In this document: positions 50,305 through 60,035 of the stretch, piece by piece
Numbering within the stretch: the stretch's first letter is position 1
How the letters are laid out: the number at the start of each line of letters is the position of its first letter
Source: a bacterium
GTDB taxonomy: Bacteria > UBA8248
DNA length: 64,000 bases
Direction: 5' to 3'
Assembly: GCA_965219955.1 (NCBI GenBank)
Contig: OZ244799.1
Location: 672,001 to 736,000 of the forward strand
Made by a program: the position numbers and the translations under genes
Notes under the pieces: generated by a model
What the model was told of the DNA's origin: nothing
Databases searched by the model: none
Seen by the model: only the letters and a program-made list of their open reading frames with translations

Positions 50305-51291
50305 ATGTTTCGTGCTCTGGTTTTGGAGGAAGCGGACGGGAAGGTCAGTTCATCGGTTCAGGAACTCGACGAGGCGAGCCTGCCGGACGGCGACGTGACG
50401 GTCGCGATCGATTATTCGACGCTCAACTACAAGGACGGGATGATTCTGCGCGGCATCGGGCGGCTGGTGCGCAATTATCCTCACGTACCGGGCATTGATT
50501 TTGCGGGCACGGTGGAGGAGAGCGCGCACGCAGGTTACAGCCCTGGAGACAAGGTGATCCTCACCGGCTGGCGGGTCGGCGAGGCGCACTGGGGGGGATA
50601 TGCCCAGAAAGCGCGCGTCAAGGGAGACTGGCTGGTCCGCCTGCCGGAAAATATGTCCACGAGGCAGGCGATGGCGCTCGGCACGGCCGGCTTCACGGCC
50701 ATGCTCTCCGTTCAGGCGCTGGAAGACCACGGCATCGGCGTAGAAGACGGAGAAGTGCTCGTCACGGGCGCCGCGGGCGGGGTGGGTTCCGTCGCCGTGG
50801 CCGTTCTCGCGAACCTGGGCTATTCCGTCACCGCGTCGACGGGCAGAGAGGAGACCCACGCTTATCTCGAATCACTCGGCGCCTCGACCATTATCGCCCG
50901 GAGTGAACTCGCCGAACCCACGAAACGCCCGCTCGAGAGCGAACGCTGGGCAGGTTGCGTCGATTCGGTGGGCGGCACGACACTCGGACGCCTGCTGACG
51001 CAGATGAAGCACCGAAGCTCCGTGGCGGCGGTGGGACTGGCGGGCGGGAGCGCCCTCGAGACGACGGTGATTCCCTTTCTCCTGCGGGGCGTGAACCTGC
51101 TGGGCATCGATTCCGTCATGTGCCCCTTCGAGCCTCGTCAAAAGGCGTGGACGCGGCTTGCGGAGCAGATGCCGATGGACAAGCTCGAATCCATGAGCAC
51201 CGAAGCGTCGCTATCCGACCTGGCCGGACTGAGCGGCGATATCCTGAAGGGGCAGGTGAAGGGCCGCGTGGTCGTGGACGTGAACGCCTAG
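50305..51291 (+). CDS. acuI: Acryloyl-CoA reductase / YhdH-AcuI family MDR oxidoreductase
   Basis: YSTLNYKD, PGIDFAG, GTAGFTAML, VTGAAGGVGS, PFLLRGVNLLGIDSV. Confidence 0.9.
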   Translation: MFRALVLEEADGKVSSSVQELDEASLPDGDVTVAIDYSTLNYKDGMILRGIGRLVRNYPHVPGIDFAGTVEESAHAGYSPGDKVILTGWRVGEAHWGGYAQKARVKGDWLVRLPENMSTRQAMALGTAGFTAMLSVQALEDHGIGVEDGEVLVTGAAGGVGSVAVAVLANLGYSVTASTGREETHAYLESLGASTIIARSELAEPTKRPLESERWAGCVDSVGGTTLGRLLTQMKHRSSVAAVGLAGGSALETTVIPFLLRGVNLLGIDSVMCPFEPRQKAWTRLAEQMPMDKLESMSTEASLSDLAGLSGDILKGQVKGRVVVDVNA

Positions 51292-51740
51292 GCGTTTCGT
51301 TTTTTCGTCAACTCACGGTCTAAGGCCGCTGCGAACTTGTGGCGGTCCGGGGTGGCCATGGGCGGCGGGCCGCCCTGGACGAGGCCGCCCGAGCGCATGT
51401 CCATCATGAAATTTCTCAAAGACAGCCGCTCGCCCACGTTTTCCTCGGTATAGACCTCGCCGCGCGGGTCGATGCCCAAAGCGCCTTTTTCGACCGCTTT
51501 CGCCGCGAAGGGAACGTCCGCGGTGATGACGAAATCGCCCGGGTTCAGGTTCTCGACGATGTACTCATCGGCCACGTCCGCTCCGCCGGGGACCTGAATC
51601 GTGGAAACGGAAGGGATGTCCGGCGTTCTCAGCTTCATGTTGGCGACCAGAACCGTCGGAATATCAAGTCGATCGGCGGTTTTGTAGAGAATCTCCTTGA
51701 TATCTTGCGGGCATGCGTCGGCATCGACCCAGATTTTCAT
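51288..51740 (-). CDS. YaiI/YqxD family protein
   Basis: MKIWVDADACP, ADEYI, VITADVP, DPRG. Confidence 0.9.
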   Translation of the reverse strand: MKIWVDADACPQDIKEILYKTADRLDIPTVLVANMKLRTPDIPSVSTIQVPGGADVADEYIVENLNPGDFVITADVPFAAKAVEKGALGIDPRGEVYTEENVGERLSLRNFMMDMRSGGLVQGGPPPMATPDRHKFAAALDRELTKKRNA

Positions 51741-51860
51741 GCGTTTTCCCTCTCATCGCCCTTAATCCCTGCGGCTCCTTTATAGTATGATGCTTTTCAT
51801 TCGAGATACCTAACACGATATTCCGGATCGGGTGATATTCGTGCAGCCGGGAGAGTGAAT

Positions 51861-52076
51861 ATGTCACAACCGCAAGCGAATCACGAGAAAACAGCGGCGC
51901 GAATCGCCGAGATGGCCGATACCGTCTTTGGCGTGCCCCGGGATGAACTCGGCCTCAAGACGGCCGATGATTGCGCGCGGATGCTCCGGATTCTCTCGGG
52001 CACACCCGTTGAGTCCACCGATGAGCCGTTCCTCCCCCCGCTCGAAAAGCCCGAGGCCGATGAGAACGCGGAATGA
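51861..52076 (+). CDS. Small protein preceding an amidase (GatC/AtzG-like candidate)
   Basis: 71 aa, GGAG RBS, ATGA overlap with the amidase, C-terminal DEP motif. Confidence 0.6.
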   Translation: MSQPQANHEKTAARIAEMADTVFGVPRDELGLKTADDCARMLRILSGTPVESTDEPFLPPLEKPEADENAE

Positions 52077-53416
52077 GTGAGCACTGGCGGCTCTCCCTGA
52101 GCGACGGCTTGCGCAGGATGGAGGAAGGCGATCTCACGGCGGTGGAGTGGGTGCGCTCTCTTTTATCCCGCATCGACGCTTGTGAGGAGCAGGTGAAAGC
52201 CTGGGTGCAGGTGGATGGAGAGGGCGCGCTGGAGGCGGCGAAGGCGGTGGATGACGCCAGAAACGCCGGGGAGGAGTTGGGGCCTCTGGCCGGAGCGCCC
52301 TATGCGGCCAAGGATATTTTCGGCGTCCGGGGCCTCAAGCTCGAAGCCGGAACGCATATCTTCAAGGGACAGACGGCCGAGGAGGACGCCGAGTGTGTGG
52401 CGCGCCTGCGGCGTGCGGGCGCGATCGCCCTCGGCAAGGCGGTGACGACGCCTTTCGCGCAGGGAGACCCCTCCATCACCCGCAACCCCTGGAACGTCGA
52501 GCGGAGCCCGGGCGGGTCGAGCAGCGGCTCCGCCGCCGCCGTGGGCGCGGGCATGGCGCCCGCCGCGTTCGGCAGCCAGACGACGGGCTCCACGCTTCGC
52601 CCCGCCGCGTACTGCGGCGTGCCGGGCCTGAAGCCCACCTATGGACGCATTCCCAGGACGGGCGTCATCGAAGTTTCGTGGAATTTCGATCATTTGGGAA
52701 TCATAGCGCGCACGGTCGAGGACATCGCCAGAATCCTCGAAGTGGCGGCAGGCCCGGACGGGATGGATCACAGCGCCGTGCAGTCCCCGCCGCCCGCCGC
52801 GAACCAGGCGCCGCAAAAGCCGGTAAAAATCGCGTATCTGAAGCATTTGCTCGCGCTCGCCAGCGGGGAAGTCGTCGAGTGGACCGAGCGGGCCGTAGCC
52901 CGGGTAAAATCAAAGGGTATCGAAGTCGAGGAGGTGGAACTGCCCCTGAGCATGGATGAGATAAACGCGGCGCATTTCGTCGCCCGGTGTGTGGATACCG
53001 CATCCTGCCATGAGGATTTGTATGCCGCGCACAAGGACGAACTCCCTCCTTACGTGCGCAGGAGCATGACGATCGGCTATATGGCGCCCGCCGTCCACTA
53101 CGTGAAGGCGCTGCGCGTGCGCGCGAATTTCGTTCGCAAAATGGACGCTCTGATGGAGCGCTACGATCTGTTCGTGCTGCCGAGTTTCGACGCGGGGCCG
53201 CCGCCGTGGGCGGAATCCACCGGGGGGCCGGCCTTCTTGCAGCCGCTCACCTTTTCGGGGCAGCCCGCGATCACCCTGCCCCTGGGGCGGGGGGACATGA
53301 ACCTCCCCCTGGGGATCCAGTTCGGCGCGATGCGCTGCGGCGAGGAGAAGCTGCTCGCGATGGCGAGGTGGTTCGAGGACGAGATGGGCTGGATGGTGGA
53401 GTTTCCCGAATTCTAG
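52073..53416 (+). CDS. Amidase-signature family enzyme
   Basis: AKDIF, GKAVTTPFA, SPGGSSSGSAAAV, SQTTGSTLRPA. Confidence 0.92.
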   Translation: MSEHWRLSLSDGLRRMEEGDLTAVEWVRSLLSRIDACEEQVKAWVQVDGEGALEAAKAVDDARNAGEELGPLAGAPYAAKDIFGVRGLKLEAGTHIFKGQTAEEDAECVARLRRAGAIALGKAVTTPFAQGDPSITRNPWNVERSPGGSSSGSAAAVGAGMAPAAFGSQTTGSTLRPAAYCGVPGLKPTYGRIPRTGVIEVSWNFDHLGIIARTVEDIARILEVAAGPDGMDHSAVQSPPPAANQAPQKPVKIAYLKHLLALASGEVVEWTERAVARVKSKGIEVEEVELPLSMDEINAAHFVARCVDTASCHEDLYAAHKDELPPYVRRSMTIGYMAPAVHYVKALRVRANFVRKMDALMERYDLFVLPSFDAGPPPWAESTGGPAFLQPLTFSGQPAITLPLGRGDMNLPLGIQFGAMRCGEEKLLAMARWFEDEMGWMVEFPEF

Positions 53417-53458
53417 GACTGCATATATATTTTAGCTCTTGACATAGAGGGGCCTGAA

Positions 53459-54604
53459 ATGAACGAGACGGGGCCGGGAACGGCGGTAGAAGAAACAACC
53501 GATGCGGTGAAGCTCAAGATCATCGACGCGGACATCCATCCGCGCATGAACGGCATGTACCAGCTTCACCCGTATCTGTCCGAGTCGTGGCGCAAGCGCA
53601 TGGGCGTGGCGCCGCTCAGTTCCGCCAAGGACCCGACCACCGCGCGGAACGTCTTCTCGATACCCAAGCGCTGGTACTACCACCCCCACGGCGCGGAGCG
53701 TCCCGACGCCCTGCCGCCGGACGGCGGGAGGCCGGGTTCGAACCTCGACATGCTGCGCTCCCACCATCTGGACAAGTACGGCGTCGACGCGGGCATCCTC
53801 ATCGCGGGCGACCTGTTCGGCATCGGGGGATTGCCGGACGCCGACATGGCGGCCGCGTTCATCGCGGCGAACAACGACTGGCTGCTCCACGAGTGGTGCG
53901 AACCCGAACCCCGGCTCAAGCTCGCGATGCACGTCGGCCCGCGCGATCCCGGGCTCGCCGCCAAGGAAATCGAGAGAATCGGCGCGCATCCCGCCGTGGT
54001 CCAGGTGCAGATTCCCCAGATGGACGTTTTGCTGGGGAACCGCCACTACTACCCCATCTACGAGGCCGCGGAAGCCATGGGTCTGCCCATCGGGATGCAC
54101 GGCGCGGGCGAGGGGGCGGGGGTGAACACGCCCATGAACCCCACGGGAATTCCCGCCTATTACATCGAGGTGCACACGGGCGCCGTGACGATTGCGCAGG
54201 CCCAGGTCATCAGCCTGGTGTGCGAGGGCGTGTTCGTGCGCTTCCCGAAGCTCAAGGTCGTCTTCCAGGAGATGGGCTACGCCTGGCTGCCGAGTATCAT
54301 GTGGCGCTTCGACCAGGAATGGCGCTCGCTGCGCGCGGAGGTGCCCTGGCTGGAGCGTCCGCCGAGTGAATACATCGTCGACCACATCCGGCTGACCACG
54401 CAGCCCATCGCGGAGCCGCCCACGAACGAGGACCACCGCCAGATTCTCAGGATGGCGAGGGCGGAGAAGACGCTGCTGTTCGCGTCCGACTATCCGCACT
54501 GGGATTTCGACAATCCCCGGCAGGTTTTCCAGGAAGTCTCGGACGACTTGAGGCGCCGCATCTACCACGAGAGCGCCGAGGAGCTCTACGGGCACAAGCT
54601 CTGA
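53459..54604 (+). CDS. Amidohydrolase_2-fold protein (candidate dinuclear oxygenase)
   Basis: IIDADIHP, PIGMHG, FQEMG, LLFASDYPHWDFD. Confidence 0.85.
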   Translation: MNETGPGTAVEETTDAVKLKIIDADIHPRMNGMYQLHPYLSESWRKRMGVAPLSSAKDPTTARNVFSIPKRWYYHPHGAERPDALPPDGGRPGSNLDMLRSHHLDKYGVDAGILIAGDLFGIGGLPDADMAAAFIAANNDWLLHEWCEPEPRLKLAMHVGPRDPGLAAKEIERIGAHPAVVQVQIPQMDVLLGNRHYYPIYEAAEAMGLPIGMHGAGEGAGVNTPMNPTGIPAYYIEVHTGAVTIAQAQVISLVCEGVFVRFPKLKVVFQEMGYAWLPSIMWRFDQEWRSLRAEVPWLERPPSEYIVDHIRLTTQPIAEPPTNEDHRQILRMARAEKTLLFASDYPHWDFDNPRQVFQEVSDDLRRRIYHESAEELYGHKL

Positions 54605-54619
54605 GGGGGAGATTGTAAT

Positions 54620-55100
54620 AGGGGAGTTGAGATAGCCCCTTGTCGGAGGACATCGTTTCTACCCCCAATGCGAGATGGTTTGCCGGGCGACGGGGAAGAG
54701 GAAGTTCACCCGCATCAATCAGGCTTTCACCTGTAGGGGCCGCATATATGCGGCCCATGACGGGGGAGAAAAAGGCCGGGTCGCATATATGCGACCCCTA
54801 CAACAGGAGCGACAATGACGCCGGAATGACGGCGGTGGTCAATTCCGACCGAGTATGGCTTTTTCAACAACTCCTCACCGGGCGCGTTCGACTCCCGCAA
54901 ACCGCCAACGCCTATTTCCTCACCCTGAGTAGCCGCCGGAGGCGGCGTATCGAAGGGCGAGGAGAATCGAACGCCTCGCGCCGGGCGAGAGGGCCATCCT
55001 TCGATATGCGGCTCCGCCGCTACTCAGGATGAGGCGGAGTGGCGGGCTGCGCAGGTCATGGAGGGGGACTGCGCCGCGGCGGGACTTTTTCAACAACCCC
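54620..55100. repeat. Composite repeat container 4 (degenerate left end, two right ends)
   Basis: GTAG REP doublet 54733-54801; GGAATGAC remnant ~54823; right ends at 54874 and 55100; CCTCACCCTGAGTAG doublet 54918-55034. Confidence 0.7.
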
Positions 55101-55150
55101 TTCAGGTGTGGGCTGCGATATAGCTGAATGGCTCGGAATGCCCGCCCGTA

Positions 55151-56248
55151 TCAAATATCGAGGCGGAATTTGTGGACTGCCTCCTCGTTCACTTCCACGC
55201 CCAGGCCCGGACCCTCGGGCACCTTGACGACCCCGCCTTCCGCCTCGAAGCCGGTGACGATGTCCTCATCGTGCCAGGCGGGGGCCTTGCCCGATTCGTT
55301 GTAGACGATGGAAGGGGTCGAGGCGAAAAGGTGCGCGCAGGCGGCGTCGTTCAGCGCGCTGTGGATCACGCTGCCGCAGATGCCCTCGATGCCGTGTATC
55401 TCGATGAGGGCGGCGGCCTTTTTCGCATGGAGCAACCCGCCCTCGCGGTTCACTTTGAGGTTCACGATGTCGGCGGCGCGCCTGCGCGCGATTTCGGCCA
55501 GGTAGTCGGGGCGGAACGATTCGTCCGCGCAGATGGGGATGCGCGTGTTCTTGTTGACGAACTCCAGGCCGTCCAGGTCGTTGCCGGGCACGGGCTGCTC
55601 GAGCATCGTGATGCCGTACTCCTCGATGCGCGCACACATCTGAACGGCGAGCTTGGGCGTCCAGCTCATGTTCGCGTCGACGACGATGTGCGCCTCATCC
55701 CCGGCCGCCTCCCGGGCGGCCGCGACGCGCGCGATGCTCGTCTTCGTATCGCGGTTCATCTTCACCTTGAACGAGGTGATGCCCAGCGCCATGGATTCCG
55801 CCGCGAGTTCGGCGGTCCTTTCGGGTGATTCGAGCGGCAGGATGTCGAAGGCGGGCATCTCGTCCCTGATTTTTCCGCCCAGCAGGTCGTAGACCGGACA
55901 GCCCAGCATGCGGCCGATGAGGTCGTGCACCGCGCAGTCGATGGCCGCCTTGGGGGAATGGTGGAAGGGGATGGCTTTTTCCATCCTGTGGACGATGCGT
56001 TCCCTGTCGAAGGGGCTGCAGTCGGCGACGGCGGGAACCAGGTATTCATCGAGTATCTGGTACGCGCTCTTGAGCGTCTCCCCGGTCGGGAACGAGCGCA
56101 GCGGCGCCCCGCCCCAGCCCGAAACGCCCTCGCAGGTGATTTTTACGACGATGTCTTCTGAATGCGTCGCGGTGCGCGTGGCGCTCTTGTAGGGATGGTT
56201 GAGCGGGATGGCGACGGGGAAGAGTTCTATTTTCTCGATTTTTCTCAT
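55151..56248 (-). CDS. Enolase superfamily enzyme (muconate cycloisomerase/dipeptide epimerase subgroup)
   Basis: FKVKM (KxK), VDAN, LEQP, ADES, NLK, PGLG; start ATG 56248. Confidence 0.9.
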   Translation of the reverse strand: MRKIEKIELFPVAIPLNHPYKSATRTATHSEDIVVKITCEGVSGWGGAPLRSFPTGETLKSAYQILDEYLVPAVADCSPFDRERIVHRMEKAIPFHHSPKAAIDCAVHDLIGRMLGCPVYDLLGGKIRDEMPAFDILPLESPERTAELAAESMALGITSFKVKMNRDTKTSIARVAAAREAAGDEAHIVVDANMSWTPKLAVQMCARIEEYGITMLEQPVPGNDLDGLEFVNKNTRIPICADESFRPDYLAEIARRRAADIVNLKVNREGGLLHAKKAAALIEIHGIEGICGSVIHSALNDAACAHLFASTPSIVYNESGKAPAWHDEDIVTGFEAEGGVVKVPEGPGLGVEVNEEAVHKFRLDI

Positions 56249-56268
56249 TCGTGCTCTCGGCTCCAAAA

Positions 56269-56427
56269 GGGTTTGTTGAAAAAGTCCGATAAAGGAGGGT
56301 TGCGGTTGTAGGGACAACCCTCCGTGGTTGTCCTTCGTCAGGACAGGCACGGAGGCCTGTCCCTACGGCAAACAATTCGATGATCGGGATTCCCTCCCTC
56401 CTCGCGGAGGGCTTTTTCAACAACCCC
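56269..56427. mobile_element. Minimal 159-bp container 5 carrying one GTAG REP doublet
   Basis: GGGTTTGTTGAAAAAG...CTTTTTCAACAACCCC; REPs at 56308-56333 and 56341-56366; lies between the Rieske and enolase genes. Confidence 0.75.
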
Positions 56428-56441
56428 GAATAGCGGGGGAA

Positions 56442-56840
56442 TCACACGTGCAGCATCACCAGGTCTTTTTCGAGCGTGACCTCATACGTCTCGATGGAGG
56501 GGTCTTCTTCCGCCTCGAGCGTGACCTCATAGGTTTTGACGCGCATCCTGTGGGGGTTGAATACGGAGCGCCCGTTCGTGATGTCGAACTCCCAGCAGTG
56601 CCAGGGACACACGAGAACCTGCTCGTCCATCACGTATTCGTAGGTATGGGGCCTGGAGGACTTCATGGTCCCCTTGACCTTGCCGAGGCAAAGCGGCGCG
56701 CCCTGGTGCGGGCAGGAGTTCCTGACAGCGTACAGGGAATTCCTGATGTTGAACACGCCGATGGAGCGGCCCTCGACCTCGACGATCTTCCGCGCACCGG
56801 GGGGCAGTTCCGATATTTTGCACACCAGGTGTTTCGCCAT
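56442..56840 (-). CDS. Rieske [2Fe-2S] ferredoxin
   Basis: CPHQGAPL and CPWHCWEFD; start ATG 56840. Confidence 0.92.
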   Translation of the reverse strand: MAKHLVCKISELPPGARKIVEVEGRSIGVFNIRNSLYAVRNSCPHQGAPLCLGKVKGTMKSSRPHTYEYVMDEQVLVCPWHCWEFDITNGRSVFNPHRMRVKTYEVTLEAEEDPSIETYEVTLEKDLVMLHV

Positions 56841-56857
56841 GCGCGATACGCCCCGTT

Positions 56858-57685
56858 CTAGTTTCCGGCCGCCGCGGCCGCCGCCTTTTCCCTCAGTATC
56901 TCTTCGAGCTTCGGCATGGCGCGCACCGACGCGTAGCGCGCGTGCTGGCCGCTTTGCGTGGAGAGGCTTCGTTTCGAGCCCTTGGGGATGTGGATGATGG
57001 AGCCGGGGCCCGACGCTTGCCGCTCGTCGTCCACCTGGGCGTCGATGACCCCCTTGATGACGTAGACGAACTGCTCGTGCGCGTTCTCGGCCGTCGAATC
57101 CTCGAATCCTTCGGGTATTTCGCCGTAGCCGAACGCGAGGCGCTCGCCCTCGATCCACACGGTGTGGCGTCCCGAGGATGCGGGCGCGTCGAAGGAGGGG
57201 AGTATCGGGTAATAGGAGTTGTTCAGGCCCTCGACGATGATTTCCGCTCTCTCGGCGTCTCTTTCGTATTCTTCCGCAGTGCCATCCTCGTATCGCTGGT
57301 TGATTTCCTCGACGGTGAGCGCCTTGTCCGGCACCACCTGGTCCCTGTCGAGCCCCACGACCGTCCAGGAGCGGTCCTTCACGTAGAGGTAGTCCATGTC
57401 GCCGTCTTCGGTGGCGCCCATTTGGTGCTGGGCGTAAGGGGGCACGTGAACGAAGGTGCCCGGCGCGACGACCCTTCTGTCCTTCCCGACGAGGGCGTTG
57501 ATTTTACCGCTGATGGGGAAAATCATGAGTTCGTTGGGGTGGTAGTGGATCTGGGAGCCCGTGCCGGCCACTTTGCTGACCTGGCAGAAATACATGAATT
57601 CCCCCTCGATGATGGCTCCCTGGCCGGAGGAGAGATGGGGCGTGACGGCTTTTTTCTCTATTTCTTCGAAACGATGGAACGGCAT
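56858..57685 (-). CDS. Bicupin protein
   Basis: HYHPNE...HVPPYAQH; second degenerate cupin AHEQFVY...HIPKG. Confidence 0.82.
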   Translation of the reverse strand: MPFHRFEEIEKKAVTPHLSSGQGAIIEGEFMYFCQVSKVAGTGSQIHYHPNELMIFPISGKINALVGKDRRVVAPGTFVHVPPYAQHQMGATEDGDMDYLYVKDRSWTVVGLDRDQVVPDKALTVEEINQRYEDGTAEEYERDAERAEIIVEGLNNSYYPILPSFDAPASSGRHTVWIEGERLAFGYGEIPEGFEDSTAENAHEQFVYVIKGVIDAQVDDERQASGPGSIIHIPKGSKRSLSTQSGQHARYASVRAMPKLEEILREKAAAAAAGN

Positions 57686-57934
57686 CCGGTAAACTCCTTT
57701 TCTGACGAAATTATCCCCGCATTGGTTTTCGGTGAATCACGGCAAGGGGTCGCCGGGAATCAAAAAATTATTGTTGTCAGGTTTGTTGAACCCAAGGCGC
57801 GAATGTTACCCTTTCCCGTCGCGTCTGACAATTTATGATCGATAAAAATAATGAGGCGTCCCCCCGGCGTTTCCCGGCGGCGGGGCGCAAGCAAGGAATT
57901 TTCACGGCACTTATCAAACATACTGGAGATTGTT

Positions 57935-58936
57935 ATGGCGGATGAAAAAGTACGGCTGGCGTCCATCGGCCTGGCCAACTGGGGAACCATGCTGGGGAAT
58001 GCCGCGAAAAGGGCGGGGAACGTGGAAATCACCCGGTGCTTCACGAGAACGGAGTCCTCGCGCGAGGAGTTCGCGGAGAAATTCGGCTGCCGCCCGGCGG
58101 CGTCTTACGATGAAGTCCTGAAGGACAGCGAGGTGGAGGGCATCCTCATCGCCACGCCCCATTCCACGCATACGGACCTGATCACGCAGGCGGCATCGGC
58201 GGGCAAGCACGTCTTCGTCGAAAAGCCGCTCACCCTGACGGTGGCGGATGCGGACAAGTGCATCGAAGCCACCGAGAGCGCGGGCGTCACGATGCTGGTG
58301 GGACACCACAGGAGGCGGCAGGGAGCGAACCGCCGGATTCGGGCGATGATAGACGAGGGCGCGCTCGGGATGGTTCACGCCCTGGAGGCGAACCTCTCGA
58401 ATCCCAACGGCCAGAACCCGAGAAGCGGCTGGCGGAACGACCCGGCGGAATGCCCGGCGGGGGGCATGACGGGGCTCGGCGTCCACATGGTGGACAATCT
58501 CCAGTACCTGGCCGGCCCGGCGAAGCGGGTGAGCGCGTTCAGCAAGCAACTCTACGCCGCGGGCAATCTGGATGACGTGACGAACATCATCCTCGAATAC
58601 GAGAGCGGCCCGCTCGGCTACATCACCACCTGCTACGTCACCTCCAAGCAGTGCACGACGTCGGCCCACGGCACCGAAGCCTCCGCGTGGAGCGAGGATG
58701 AGGGCGAGCGGCTGTATCTCCAGAAAAAAGGCGAGAACGAACGGAGCGAGCTCTCCGTGGACGGCGGCGATGCGCTCGCCGAGGAAATACAGGAATTCGG
58801 CAGGTGCATCCGCGGTGAGGCCACACCGGAGACGGACGGGAAGGCGGCGCGCGAAGTGGTGGCCGTCCTGGAGTCGATCGTCGAGAGTGCGAAGAGCGGG
58901 CGCGTGGTCGAGGTTTCGGAGATCAGGGGGCATTGA
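57935..58936 (+). CDS. Gfo/Idh/MocA family oxidoreductase
   Basis: IGLANWG, ATPHSTH, HVFVEKP, GVHMVD. Confidence 0.9.
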   Translation: MADEKVRLASIGLANWGTMLGNAAKRAGNVEITRCFTRTESSREEFAEKFGCRPAASYDEVLKDSEVEGILIATPHSTHTDLITQAASAGKHVFVEKPLTLTVADADKCIEATESAGVTMLVGHHRRRQGANRRIRAMIDEGALGMVHALEANLSNPNGQNPRSGWRNDPAECPAGGMTGLGVHMVDNLQYLAGPAKRVSAFSKQLYAAGNLDDVTNIILEYESGPLGYITTCYVTSKQCTTSAHGTEASAWSEDEGERLYLQKKGENERSELSVDGGDALAEEIQEFGRCIRGEATPETDGKAAREVVAVLESIVESAKSGRVVEVSEIRGH

Positions 58937-58938
58937 GC

Positions 58939-59967
58939 GTGAGCGAAACGAGTGCGGATTCCTGGGAAATCGGGGGTGTGGAGATAGCCGCAGGTTCCTA
59001 TGAATACGTGAAAATCCCGGTGGCGCGGATGCTCACCGGCTCGGAGACGGGCCTGCCCCTCCATTGCGTGAGAGGGGAGAAACCCGGCCTCACCCTCTCC
59101 GTTCTGGCGTGCGTCCACGGGGATGAGCCGCAGCCGATTCGCGCGTTCCAGAACGTGATCGCGCAAATCGACCGGAAGCAACTGAGCGGCGCTCTTCTTC
59201 TCGTTCCGGTGGCGAACCCGTTCGCCTTTGCGAATTTTTCGCGCCAATCGCCCGATCAGCACGAGCAGACGAACCTCTGGGGCGCGTTTCCGGGGTCCGC
59301 CAAGGGGACGCTCACGCAGCGCTACGCGCACAAGATTCGTGAAACCCTGATCGAGCGCGCGGATTATCTCGTGGAGTTTCACTCCGGCGGGGCGTCGGGG
59401 AGAATCCAGAGGCGCGTCGACATGGACCCGGACGCCGAAGGCGCCGTCGGCGAAAAATCGCGCGAGATGGCGATTGCTTTCGCGAGCGGGGGCGCCGCGC
59501 TGGTGCATGGCGTGCCTTTCAGCACGTCGAGCGCTTCGGGCCATGCGCTCACGCAGAAGATACCGGCCATCAGCGTGGAGATTGGCGGCGCCTACCTGCC
59601 CGAATGCGAGGAGAACCTTTACCGGGAGAACCTGGAGGAGGGGTTCTTGAACCTGCTCGTCCACCTCGGGATGCTCCCGGGGGAGGAGAAGAGACTGAAG
59701 ATCACCTATTTCGGTTTCGCCAACCGCGCCGAGGCCAACCCGTCGAGCGGCGGATACCTCGTCTCGCGGAAAACGCACTTCGCGGACCTGGGCGCCAGGG
59801 TGAGCGAAGGGGAGCTTCTGGGTGAGATGCTGGATCCTTTCAGCCTGGAGGTGGTGGAGGAACTGCGAAGCCCCGCCGACGGCGTGCTTTTCTTCAGCAG
59901 GTGCAGCGGGCCGTTCGAAGTGGGCAACAAGGGGTTCGCCGTCGCCACCGAATACCGGGAAATATAA
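58939..59967 (+). CDS. Succinylglutamate desuccinylase/aspartoacylase (M14) family protein
   Basis: VHGDE, VANPFAF, EFHSGG, VEIGG, C-terminal biotinyl-like domain. Confidence 0.85.
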   Translation: MSETSADSWEIGGVEIAAGSYEYVKIPVARMLTGSETGLPLHCVRGEKPGLTLSVLACVHGDEPQPIRAFQNVIAQIDRKQLSGALLLVPVANPFAFANFSRQSPDQHEQTNLWGAFPGSAKGTLTQRYAHKIRETLIERADYLVEFHSGGASGRIQRRVDMDPDAEGAVGEKSREMAIAFASGGAALVHGVPFSTSSASGHALTQKIPAISVEIGGAYLPECEENLYRENLEEGFLNLLVHLGMLPGEEKRLKITYFGFANRAEANPSSGGYLVSRKTHFADLGARVSEGELLGEMLDPFSLEVVEELRSPADGVLFFSRCSGPFEVGNKGFAVATEYREI

Positions 59968-60035
59968 TCCGCCGCGCTCAGGCGCGAAATCTATCCATGG
60001 GTCTTTGAACAACCGAATGGAGGAAACGCAAGACA

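Noticed and set aside
56264-56432. Target-site duplications for containers 2, 3, 4 and 5
   Set aside because: Flanks match poorly (e.g. CAAAA vs GAATA), so no TSD is claimed at these loci.
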